DNA of 64,000 nt, taken from the NCBI GenBank assembly GCA_947482345.1, contig CANKJN010000004.1, forward strand, positions 234 through 64,233, written 5' to 3'. The number at the start of each line of letters is the position of its first letter. The first letter of the stretch is position 1. The position numbers and the translations under genes were made by a program. Shown one piece after another: positions 38,139 through 47,165 of this stretch. The notes beneath the pieces were generated by a model that did not search any database, had not been told where the DNA came from, and saw only the letters and a program-made list of their open reading frames with translations. The stretch is from Spartobacteria bacterium (GTDB lineage: Bacteria > Verrucomicrobiota > Verrucomicrobiia > Chthoniobacterales > UBA6821).

Positions 38139-38183
38139 AGAGACATCTTTCTCCAGCAGAAGTAGGGGATTAACGCGGGGAAT

Positions 38184-38499
38184 GGGGTTAAAATGGTCAG
38201 AAGCGTTACAACCAAGGCTCTGAAACGAGACCATGGTGGGTGAGTTTTAGCCAACAAAGATGGGCCCAAACGGCGCGCCTTGCGGGCGCAAGCGAGTACA
38301 AAAGATCCGCGGAAGACTACCGAAGGTAGCCCTGAAAGGGCGCAACGGCACTCGGAAGGATTTGGCGTCAATATTACAAGGTGGATTCGGCAACCCCTGA
38401 ACCTGAATTCGAGCGGGTGTCAGCAAGAAGTTTGCTGATCATGGTTCGGCTCGGAGAGTTGAATGAGAGCCTGCTGTCAGCACGTGGTAACGTTTCAAC
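38184..38499. repeat. dispersed element homologous to 27214-27472
   Basis: 22/23 identical left segment; right end GTAACGTTTCAAC. Confidence 0.5.
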
Positions 38500-38606
38500 T
38501 CAACGGTATTAACCATGCGATGATTCACCTTCTGGGTGAAACATCCAGACATATCGACGCTCCACGATTCCCCTTAAACTATTCCCCATCCCCCATCCCC
38601 CATCCC

Positions 38607-38951
38607 CTACTTCCCCGCAGTCAGCCTGCCCGCAGCAGCTTCGGGTGTCTCCTCGATGATGAAGAGATCCTCGAGCCCCGCCAGGTGGAATAGTTCCCGC
38701 ACGGGCTTCCCGAGCGTGGCAAAAGCCAACCCACCGCCAGCGGCTGACAGATGCCTCTGGCACATGAGAAAGACCCGGAGGCCCGCGCTGCTGACGTAGG
38801 TGAGATCGGAGCAATCCATGACGAGCTTGGAACCCGACGCCTCATACAACGGCGCGAGCCGCTCCTCCAGAACAGGGCTGGTCGCCACATCCAGGCGTCC
38901 GGCAAGGGCGAAGACGGGTATGCCATCGGCAAGTGAAAGGGTGATCTCCAT
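38607..38951 (-). CDS. STAS-domain anti-sigma factor antagonist
   Basis: LAGRLDVATS, MDCSDLTYVSSAGLRVFL with the phosphorylatable Ser. Confidence 0.9.
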   Translation of the reverse strand: MEITLSLADGIPVFALAGRLDVATSPVLEERLAPLYEASGSKLVMDCSDLTYVSSAGLRVFLMCQRHLSAAGGGLAFATLGKPVRELFHLAGLEDLFIIEETPEAAAGRLTAGK

Positions 38952-39033
38952 CCGGAAACGATAGCCTCTTCGAAGTTGCGGGCAAGAGCCGCCTTGCGGT
39001 TTCGCCTTCACTTCCCTAACAATCTCCCCACTT

Positions 39034-40422
39034 ATGGCCACGACACCCTACGACCTCATCGTCATCGGCGGCGGACCCGCCGGCTATGTCGGCGCGATCC
39101 GCGCCGCGCAACTCGGCAAGCGCGTTGCCGTCGTCGAGAAGGAGCGAGCCGGAGGAACCTGCCTCAACTGGGGCTGCATCCCGACCAAGGCTCTACTCAA
39201 GAATGCCGAACTCTACTCCCTCATCGGCCATCACGCCGCCGACTTCGGACTGGAGGTCTCCGGCCTGAAATACGATTGGGGCAAGGTTATCGGCCGCTCC
39301 CGCAAGGTCGCCGACAAACTCGCCGGCGGCATCGAGTTCCTCTTCAAGAAGAACAAGGTCGACTACGTACGCGGCGACGCGAGCGTTCCCAAAACCGGTG
39401 TCGTCGAGGTCAAGGGGTCGGACGGCAAGGAGCAGACACTCACCGCCGCCAAGATCCTCATCGCCACCGGCGTCGTCACCCGCGAGATGCCGGGCTTCCC
39501 GTTCAACGGCACCAGCGTCATCGGTAGCCGCCATGCGCTTGCGCTGGCCAAGCAGCCCAAGGAGATCATCGTCATCGGTGCCGGTGCGATCGGCGTCGAG
39601 TTCGCCTATTTCTTCAACGCCTTCGGCACCAAGGTGACCATCGTCGAGATGATGCCCAACATCCTCCCCGTCGAGGACACCGAGGTCTCCGTCGCACTCG
39701 AGAAGTCACTCGTCAAGCAGGGGATCCGCATCCTCACCGGCACCAAGGTCGAGAAAGCCACCTCCACCAAGGAGGGCGTCCAGATCACCGTCTCCGGCGG
39801 CGCGAATGAAACCCTCACGGCCGACGTCGCCCTCGTCGCCATCGGCGTCTCCCCGCTCCTGCCGGGCGGCGCGGCCCCCTTCAAGCTCGATGACCGGGGC
39901 TACCTCTCCGTCAACGACCGCTACGAAACCAGCATCCCCGGCGTCTACGCCGCCGGCGACATCATCGGGCCTCCGTGGCTCGCCCACGTCGCCAGCTTCG
40001 AGGCGGTCCAGGCCGTCGAGGGGATGTTCGGCAAGCGCACCCCCGTGCGCAAGCGCCCCTTCCCCGGCTGCACCTACTGCCAGCCGCAGGTCGCGAGCGT
40101 CGGACTCACCGAGCGCGCCGCCAAGGAAAAGGGACTCAAGCTCAAGATCGGCAAGTTCCCCTTCCAGGCCAGCGGCAAGGCACTCGCGGTCGGCGAGAGC
40201 GAGGGCTTCGTGAAACTCCTCTTCAACGAGCCGCACGGAGAACTCGTCGGTGCGCACATCATCGGGGCCGACGCCACCGAAATGATCGCCGAGATGGGAC
40301 TCGCCATCACGCTCGAGGCCACCTACGACGACATCGCCTCCACGATCCACGCGCACCCCACGCTGAGTGAGGCGATGTTTGAGGCGACCGAGGCCGCACT
40401 CGGCCACGCCATCCACATCTAG
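39034..40422 (+). CDS. lpdA: dihydrolipoyl dehydrogenase
   Basis: IGGGPAGYV, GGTCLNWGCIPTK redox disulfide, HAHPTLSEA. Confidence 0.96.
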   Translation: MATTPYDLIVIGGGPAGYVGAIRAAQLGKRVAVVEKERAGGTCLNWGCIPTKALLKNAELYSLIGHHAADFGLEVSGLKYDWGKVIGRSRKVADKLAGGIEFLFKKNKVDYVRGDASVPKTGVVEVKGSDGKEQTLTAAKILIATGVVTREMPGFPFNGTSVIGSRHALALAKQPKEIIVIGAGAIGVEFAYFFNAFGTKVTIVEMMPNILPVEDTEVSVALEKSLVKQGIRILTGTKVEKATSTKEGVQITVSGGANETLTADVALVAIGVSPLLPGGAAPFKLDDRGYLSVNDRYETSIPGVYAAGDIIGPPWLAHVASFEAVQAVEGMFGKRTPVRKRPFPGCTYCQPQVASVGLTERAAKEKGLKLKIGKFPFQASGKALAVGESEGFVKLLFNEPHGELVGAHIIGADATEMIAEMGLAITLEATYDDIASTIHAHPTLSEAMFEATEAALGHAIHI

Positions 40423-40445
40423 GCCGGGCGCACGGATCTGCCACC

Positions 40446-41108
40446 ATGCCCACCCTGCGGCCCTCGCTCATCGCTCCCTCCATTCTGGCGTGCGACTTCG
40501 CCCGCTTGGGCGACGAGGTGGCGAGCGTGACGGCCGCCGGTGCCGACTGGATTCATTGCGACGTGATGGACGGGGACTTCGTGCCGAACATTTCCTTCGG
40601 CCAGCCAATCGTCGCCGCCGTGTCGCCTCACACCACTCTTCCGCTGGACGTCCACCTGATGATCCAGCGGCCCGACCGCTACATCGAGCAGTTCCTGGCG
40701 GTGAAGGGCGTGGCATCTGTCACCTCGCATCTCGAGGCGAACCACGACGCCGGCATCACACTCGACCGCGTCCGCACGGCGGGGAAGAAAGCCGGTCTCT
40801 CCGTCAAGCCGGGCACGCCGCTCGATCAGGCCCGCGCCTTCTTCGGACGATTCGACATCCTGCTCATCATGACGGTGGAGCCGGGATTCGGCGGCCAGCC
40901 CTTCATGACCGACATGCTTGGCAAGATCCGCGAGGCCGACCGTCTCCGCACCGATCTCGGGCTGGGCTTCCTCATCGAGGTGGATGGCGGCATCAACGCC
41001 GGGACTGCCCGCCTCTGCCGCGAGGCCGGAGCCGATGTCATGGTCGCCGGGACCTCCGTCTTCAAGGCAACCGACCGCGCCGCGGAAATCCGCGCGATGC
41101 GCGCGTAA
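40446..41108 (+). CDS. rpe: ribulose-phosphate 3-epimerase
   Basis: APSILACDF, HCDVMDGDFVPNISFG, DVHLMI, MTVEPGFGGQ, EVDGGI. Confidence 0.96.
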   Translation: MPTLRPSLIAPSILACDFARLGDEVASVTAAGADWIHCDVMDGDFVPNISFGQPIVAAVSPHTTLPLDVHLMIQRPDRYIEQFLAVKGVASVTSHLEANHDAGITLDRVRTAGKKAGLSVKPGTPLDQARAFFGRFDILLIMTVEPGFGGQPFMTDMLGKIREADRLRTDLGLGFLIEVDGGINAGTARLCREAGADVMVAGTSVFKATDRAAEIRAMRA

Positions 41109-41220
41109 GTTATAGTGAATCGGTGATGGGTGATGGGGTGAGAGGCGCTGGATGGACAGCGAGATTTCCTCAAGTTTCAGGTTTCAGGTTTCAGGTTTCT
41201 TTGGGCTAGGCTCATGACTC

Positions 41221-41736
41221 ATGGAAATCTCCTTCCAAGATGAGCTATCCGACGAGGATCCGATCATCGACCTGACCAGCGACGCCTATTTCATGGGTCA
41301 GGCGATGCGTCAGGCCCTGAAGGCCTACGAGGCGGAGGAGGTGCCGATCGGAGCCGTCGTCGTGCGCGAGGGAAAGATCATCGCCCGCGCGGCGAATCAG
41401 GTGGAGACGCTCAAGGATGCGACCGCTCATGCCGAGATGCTCGCCATCACCCAGGCCGAGAACGCGCTGGGAGACTGGCGCCTGAACGACTGCGATCTCT
41501 ACGTGACCAAGGAGCCCTGCCCGATGTGCGCCGGCGCCCTCGTCCATGCACGGCTTCGCCGCGTCATCTTCGGATGCCATGACACGAGGGGAGGTGCGGC
41601 CGGCGGGCTCATCAACATCCTCCAGATGCCGGAGCTCAACCACCGCTGCGAGATCACTGGAGGCGTCCTGGGAAACGAGAGCGCCCAACTGCTCAAAGCC
41701 TTCTTCGCGGAGCGCCGAGGCAACCCCGAAAGCTGA
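41221..41736 (+). CDS. tadA: tRNA adenosine(34) deaminase
   Basis: EVPIGAVVV, TAHAEM, TKEPCPMCAGA. Confidence 0.93.
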   Translation: MEISFQDELSDEDPIIDLTSDAYFMGQAMRQALKAYEAEEVPIGAVVVREGKIIARAANQVETLKDATAHAEMLAITQAENALGDWRLNDCDLYVTKEPCPMCAGALVHARLRRVIFGCHDTRGGAAGGLINILQMPELNHRCEITGGVLGNESAQLLKAFFAERRGNPES

Positions 41737-41899
41737 GAAACTCCCGCAGAGCAGAGGTGCGGAGAGGGGATGGAAGCGATTGCATGCTGCCGATGCGCCA
41801 TCGGCTCATAGCCCGCTCAACGGATGGCTTGTCTCTGAGAGACCAAATTAATTTTCTTTCCTCTGCGTCGCTGCGCCTCTGCGCGATATCTTGTTTGCC

Positions 41900-43474
41900 A
41901 TGAAATCGGATCAGGATCTCTACAAGCAGTTGCGTGACCTTCCCAAGGAGCGACTCTGGAGCGAGGAAGTCGTGAGATTCGATGCAGCATCTCCCCGTGA
42001 CCGCATGGATCGAGTCGCCGTGATCCGTGCGGTCGGGATGATCTTCGGACGCTTCGGCACCGAGGAGGAGAAGCGAACCGTCCGCGCGTGGCTGATCTCC
42101 TTGCTCGGAGATCCCCAGGAAAAAATCCGCCGCTACGCCGCTGCCGCCCTGCCGAAAATCGGCGCAGGAGAAGAGGGAGAGGAGCGGATGCTCGCCCTGC
42201 TCCGCACCACCGGCGAGGAGCGCGAGCAACGTCACATCGGTCGGGCGCTCGAGAAGGTCGGGGGTGCCGCGACCCTTGCGCTGGCGGGGGAGGGCATCCT
42301 GCCTAGCCTGACCGAGCAGAAGGTGATGGCCGGCCTTGCCCGCCGTGAGAAACCCGCGGCCATCGACCTGAATGCATCTCTGCCGCTGGAAGGAACGCTC
42401 CTCCATCTGCGCTGCCGACGCGGGCTGGAAAACTTCGTGAAGTCTGAGGCCGCGGAGAAGCTTCGTCCCCATGAGGGATTCCGGATCGGCGCCGTGCGCC
42501 CTGGATGCGTCACGATTCAAGCGGAGCGGGAGTTCGCCCTCGCAGCGCTCTACCGGCTCCGTTGCTTCGCCACGGTCGGCTTCCATCTCGGAACGATCCC
42601 CGATGACAACAACCCTGCGTGGGCCGAGTCCCTTGCCTCGCTCATCGCATCGCCGCTGGCACGGGATCTCATGAAATCCGCCACGGAGGGAGTGCCCCGC
42701 TACCGACTCGATTTCACGGAACGCGGTCATCAGCGCGGCGCGATCCGCCGCGTGGTCGAACGGGCTTACGAACTCGAGCCCGAGAACCTCAACGATTCGC
42801 GTCAGGCCCCATGGTCCGTGGATGTCATCTCGACAGCCAGGGGAGAGAAAGGCTCACGGGGATACTCCGTCGAACTGCGTCCCCGTCTCTATCCCGACCC
42901 CCGGCTTGCCTACCGACAGGAGGACATACCCGCCGCATCGCATCCACCGCTCGCTGCCTGCATGGTCAGGCTCGCGGGACCGGAGCCAACTCACGCTCAG
43001 GAGGTTGTCTGGGATCCCTTTTGCGGCTCCGGTCTGGAGCTGGTGGAGAGGGGTCTCCTTGGAGGAGTGAAGGCGCTCCACGGCACGGATCTGGATCCCA
43101 AGGCAGTCGATGTTGCGAGGGCAAATATCATGGCTGCAAAACTTTCCGGGGTCCAATCGACCTTCACGGCGTGCGACTTCCGGGAGGCCTTGAAACCCGG
43201 GAATCGCACAGGCATCGCCCCCGGAAGCGTCACCCTCATGATCACCAACCCCCCGCTTGGTCGCCGCGTCCGGGTGAAGGATATGCAGGGTCTCTTCGCC
43301 GATCTCTACCAGGCTGCCTCCCTCGCGCTCAAGCCAGGCGGGCGGCTTGTCTTTGCCAATCCCCTCCGAACCGGCCCGTCCGACCCCTCGCTCAAACTCG
43401 AGTACCGCCAAGGAATCGATATGGGCGGCTTCGACTGCCGCCTGGAGATGTACCGGAAACAGGGGGAAAGGTAA
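41900..43474 (+). CDS. HEAT-repeat + THUMP-like + class I SAM methyltransferase (RlmL/Trm14-like)
   Basis: N-terminal HEAT-like helices (LGDPQEKIRRYAAAALPKIG); VWDPFCGSG SAM motif; ITNPPLG amine-methyltransferase motif. Confidence 0.75.
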   Translation: MKSDQDLYKQLRDLPKERLWSEEVVRFDAASPRDRMDRVAVIRAVGMIFGRFGTEEEKRTVRAWLISLLGDPQEKIRRYAAAALPKIGAGEEGEERMLALLRTTGEEREQRHIGRALEKVGGAATLALAGEGILPSLTEQKVMAGLARREKPAAIDLNASLPLEGTLLHLRCRRGLENFVKSEAAEKLRPHEGFRIGAVRPGCVTIQAEREFALAALYRLRCFATVGFHLGTIPDDNNPAWAESLASLIASPLARDLMKSATEGVPRYRLDFTERGHQRGAIRRVVERAYELEPENLNDSRQAPWSVDVISTARGEKGSRGYSVELRPRLYPDPRLAYRQEDIPAASHPPLAACMVRLAGPEPTHAQEVVWDPFCGSGLELVERGLLGGVKALHGTDLDPKAVDVARANIMAAKLSGVQSTFTACDFREALKPGNRTGIAPGSVTLMITNPPLGRRVRVKDMQGLFADLYQAASLALKPGGRLVFANPLRTGPSDPSLKLEYRQGIDMGGFDCRLEMYRKQGER

Positions 43475-43578
43475 TGGAGGACAGGGGGATGGGTGATCGG
43501 AAAGGGTTTTGCGCAGGTTAGGAAACTACCAAACAGTCATGGACGCAGGCAAAGCACAGCGGTGATGTTGGTGAAAGA

Positions 43579-43932
43579 ATGTCTCTGCAAGGGTGCCTGC
43601 AAGGGAAAATCCTGTCGCCAACCCGGCTCCATTTTACGAAACCCTATACTCCCAAGACCAACGGCAGGGCTGAACGCTTCATCCAGACATCACTCCGGGA
43701 GTGGGCTTATACCATCTCCACTCTTATTCCGGTGGAATCGGCTGGTTCTTTCGGCGATGGGCGGTGTTGTCATCCCTCGGGTTATCTTCAGATAGCCCTC
43801 GGTCTTCCGCCTAGCCCATCACCAAAATCCCTTCGCCAATTCCACCAGACTAATCATGGAAATGGTATTATGCCGCCGTCTACCAAACCCCCCATCCAAC
43901 GGCTTAACCTCCTATTGAGCCTCCACGCCTAG
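43579..43932 (+). pseudogene. IS481-family transposase C-terminal remnant
   Basis: FTKPYTPKTNGRAERFIQTSLREWAY and terminal KPPIQRL...LHA* match the IS481 integrase-core end; the N-terminus is missing. Confidence 0.75.
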
Positions 43933-44621
43933 TCGATCAGAAGGACGGTCAGCCTTTTCGGTCCGTGGGCTCCAAGCACCAGGATACGCTCGATGTCCCC
44001 CGTCCTGGACGGGCCGGTGATGAACGACATGAAGGAGGGTAAGTTTTTGCCGTAGCGCTTCTTCACGTGCTCGAAGGCGGCGGTGAGGTCGGGAACCATC
44101 TGCGAGGCCCGCGCGATGACGACATGATGAGGAGGGAGGACGGAGAGGGCGCGGCCACCGGCGCTCTCGACGGAGACCATGACGCCCCCTGTCTGGGCGA
44201 CAAGGACCTCGCAACCGGTGACACCGGCATCGCATGACTCGAGTTCGTCGATCCCGTATCCCTTCTCTGTCCTGACAACGGGAAGATCGATTCCTTGGAT
44301 GAGTGAGTCTGTGTCGTGATGGGAGTGGCTTGCAATCTTCTTCCAACCCTCCGCAGCGGCGAGTTGCTTCAGGAGATTGTGCGCGGCGTCGATGGTCGGG
44401 ACGCGATGGAACTCGGTCTTGAGCCCCTCGGAGATCTTCGCGAAGAGGTCGATCTGCTCGGGCAGGGTGGCGCCGACCTTGGGAAGCCATTCACGCTGGG
44501 CATGGCCGTGGGTCTCGGCCGCGGCATCGGCCTGGGAATGGGAAGTGTGCGGACGCGGGGCGGGATTGTTCCTCAGCGCCTCGCGGATCCGGTTCAGGAT
44601 GATGGAACGGCCGGGATTCAT
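43929..44621 (-). CDS. lutC: lactate utilization protein C (LUD domain)
   Basis: GGRALSVLPPHH, FITGPSRTGDIE..LVLGAHGP. Confidence 0.9.
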   Translation of the reverse strand: MNPGRSIILNRIREALRNNPAPRPHTSHSQADAAAETHGHAQREWLPKVGATLPEQIDLFAKISEGLKTEFHRVPTIDAAHNLLKQLAAAEGWKKIASHSHHDTDSLIQGIDLPVVRTEKGYGIDELESCDAGVTGCEVLVAQTGGVMVSVESAGGRALSVLPPHHVVIARASQMVPDLTAAFEHVKKRYGKNLPSFMSFITGPSRTGDIERILVLGAHGPKRLTVLLID

Positions 44622-46024
44622 TTCCTCCCTCCCCGTTCTTTCTTCCACTGCTCGTGGAAAGACTTCGGCGCAAGCTTCGGGAAGTTCCGCGAGCCGGTCC
44701 AGGCGCGGAGCGGATCGAGGATCGTCCCGTTCACCAAACCCTGAAGCGGTTGGAAGATGCGTCCGAAGACAACGGCCAGGCGATACAGGGCGGGATGGCC
44801 CATCATGAGGGAGAAGCCTCCGAAGGCGACTTTCTCACCGACCGCCGGGGAGGCCTTGGCGCCGTTGCGGCGGTTCTGCAGCAGGTGATGGTGTAGGTCG
44901 ATCTTCACCGGGCAGGCCTCGGTGCACGCGCCGCAGAGCGAGGAGGCGGCGGAGAGGTGCTTCCAGTCCTTGAGACCACGCAGGTGAGGAGTGATGACCG
45001 AGCCGATCGGACCGCCGTAGGTGGTTCCGTAGCTGTAGCCTCCGACGTTCTTGAAGATCGGGCAGACATTCAGGCAGGCGCCGCAGCGGATGCAGCCAAG
45101 CGCGTCACGCTGCTCCGCATCGGCCAGGAGCTCGGTTCGTCGGTTATCCAGCAGGACGATATGCATCTGCTCGGGCCCATCGGGCTCGCCCGGTTGGCGG
45201 GGCCCGGAGTACATGGTGTTGTAGCAGGTCATGGTCTGCCCGGCTCCGGCGGTGGCGAGCATCGGCAGGAAGAGAGAGAGATCCTCGAGGCGCGGCAGCA
45301 CTTTCTCGATGCCGAGCAGGGCGACATGGATCCTGGGAAGCGAGGTGGTGAGGCGGGCATTCCCCTCGTTCTCGGTGATGGAGATCATGCCGGTCTCCGC
45401 CACGGCGAAGTTCGTGCCGCTGATCCCCATGTCGGCCTCGCAGTATTTCCGGCGCATGACGTCACGCGCGATCATGGTCAGCTCCTCAGGTTCGTCGGTC
45501 GCCTTGGAACCCAGTTCCTTCTGGAAGAGGTCGCTGATCTGCCTGCGCGTGAGGTGCATCGCGGGGAAGACAAGGTGGAAGGGAGCCTCCTTGCGGAGCT
45601 GCACGATGTACTCGCCGAGATCCGACTCGAAGACGCCGAAGCCCTCCTTCTCGAGGGCTTCGTTCAGGTGGATCTCCTCGCTGGTCATCGTCTTCGACTT
45701 GATGATGGAGCGGACACCGTTCTCCTTGGCGATCTTGAGGATGTATTCCCGGGCGGCCTCGGCGTTCGGGGCCCAGAAGACCTTGGCGCCGCGTGCGGTG
45801 ATTTTCTGCTCGAACTCGAGGAGGTATTTGTCGAGATGGTTGACCGCCTCGTACTTGGTCTCTGCGGCGAGATCCCGCGCACCCTGCCAGTCCTGGAAGT
45901 TGGCTTTGTTCTCGTCGCGCTTCTTGTAATAGCCGCCGAGCGCCTTCTGGATGAAGGCACGGAAGGGCTTGTCCGCCGTGTAGCGGCGGGAAAGCGTCTG
46001 GAAATCGGCGGCTTGCGTGGCCAT
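44618..46024 (-). CDS. lutB: lactate utilization Fe-S protein B
   Basis: ESDLGEYIVQL, CIRCGACLNVCP, SSLCGACTEACPVKI. Confidence 0.93.
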   Translation of the reverse strand: MATQAADFQTLSRRYTADKPFRAFIQKALGGYYKKRDENKANFQDWQGARDLAAETKYEAVNHLDKYLLEFEQKITARGAKVFWAPNAEAAREYILKIAKENGVRSIIKSKTMTSEEIHLNEALEKEGFGVFESDLGEYIVQLRKEAPFHLVFPAMHLTRRQISDLFQKELGSKATDEPEELTMIARDVMRRKYCEADMGISGTNFAVAETGMISITENEGNARLTTSLPRIHVALLGIEKVLPRLEDLSLFLPMLATAGAGQTMTCYNTMYSGPRQPGEPDGPEQMHIVLLDNRRTELLADAEQRDALGCIRCGACLNVCPIFKNVGGYSYGTTYGGPIGSVITPHLRGLKDWKHLSAASSLCGACTEACPVKIDLHHHLLQNRRNGAKASPAVGEKVAFGGFSLMMGHPALYRLAVVFGRIFQPLQGLVNGTILDPLRAWTGSRNFPKLAPKSFHEQWKKERGGRK

Positions 46025-46263
46025 GAGGTCGGTTAGTTAGAGAACACCGTTGTCGGAAGATGAAGGCGGGGAAATTCTCGCGCAGAGGCGCAGAGGCGCG
46101 GAGAAAAGAATGAAGGGAAGAGATTACTCAAGATGATCCCATTGGCGCTGGGCGGGGAGGATTGGCCGACTCCGACCTTCACTGAAATTTCCTGATCCCT
46201 CCTCTGCGCTCTCTGCGCCTCTGCGGGAGAACATGCAGTCCTTTCAGGGAGAGTTTTCATGGG

Positions 46264-46980
46264 TTAACGGGAGGCCAGGATTTCCGCGAGGTGGAGGCTC
46301 TTCACGGCGCTCTTCTCCTTCTCCAGCATCCCGCGGATCTGCATGAGACAGCTGGAGTCATTGGAAACCACGGTGCCGGCGCCGGTCTGAAGGATGGAGG
46401 CGCACTTCACCTCATCCATGGCGGTCGAGATCGGTGCATATTTGACGGCAAAGGTGCCTCCGAATCCGCAGCAGGTTTCGGCCTCGCTCATCTCGACCAA
46501 CTCCAGCCCCTTCACGTTGGCCAGCAGGGCGCGTGGCTCGCTCTTGATACCGAGTTCACGAAGGCCGTGGCATCCGTCGTGGAAGGTGACCTTGCCGTCG
46601 AACTTCGCCCCGACATCGGTGATGCCGAGCACATTGACAAGGAAGCTCGAGAACTCGTGGGTCTTGGCAGCAAGTTCCCGTGCCTCAAGCTCATCGGGCT
46701 CTCCCTTGAAGAGATCGGGGTAGAAGACCTTGATCATCGTGACGCAGGATCCGGAAGGCCCGACAACGACCTCGGCGTCGCGGAAGGCCTTCATCGTGAC
46801 GCGGGCCGCCGACCGGGCCTCGTCCCAGTAGCCTGAGTTGAAGGGGGGCTGCCCGCAGCAGCTCTGCCCCTCGGGAAAGAGGACCTCGTGGCCCAACCCC
46901 TCGAGCACGCGCACCACCGACCAGGCCACATTCGGGTAGAGCTGGTCGACGAAGCAGGGAACGAAGAGGGAGATGCGCAT
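46264..46980 (-). CDS. lutA: lactate utilization protein A (two CCG domains)
   Basis: LFVPCFVD, QSCCGQP, FHDGCH, ETCCGFGGTFAVK, DSSCLMQI. Confidence 0.93.
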   Translation of the reverse strand: MRISLFVPCFVDQLYPNVAWSVVRVLEGLGHEVLFPEGQSCCGQPPFNSGYWDEARSAARVTMKAFRDAEVVVGPSGSCVTMIKVFYPDLFKGEPDELEARELAAKTHEFSSFLVNVLGITDVGAKFDGKVTFHDGCHGLRELGIKSEPRALLANVKGLELVEMSEAETCCGFGGTFAVKYAPISTAMDEVKCASILQTGAGTVVSNDSSCLMQIRGMLEKEKSAVKSLHLAEILASR

Positions 46981-46985
46981 CGGGC

Positions 46986-47152
46986 GAATGAAGAATGATA
47001 AATGAAGAATGAAAAAGGGCCGCGGATGGTAGTCAGGTTTTCAACTGATCATTGAAAGGGGGTGGGGAAAGGAAGAATGAAAAAGGGCAACCCCTTCGGA
47101 AAAGATACTCTTAAACGAAAAGATCGCCTCATTTTTCATTCTTCATTTTCCC
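46986..47152. repeat. inverted GAATGAA/TTCATTC heptamer element (family C); also 17457-17580
   Basis: GAATGAAGAATGATAAATGAAGAATGAAAA ... TTTTCATTCTTCATTTT. Confidence 0.7.
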
Positions 47153-47165
47153 TGTTGCCTTTCCC

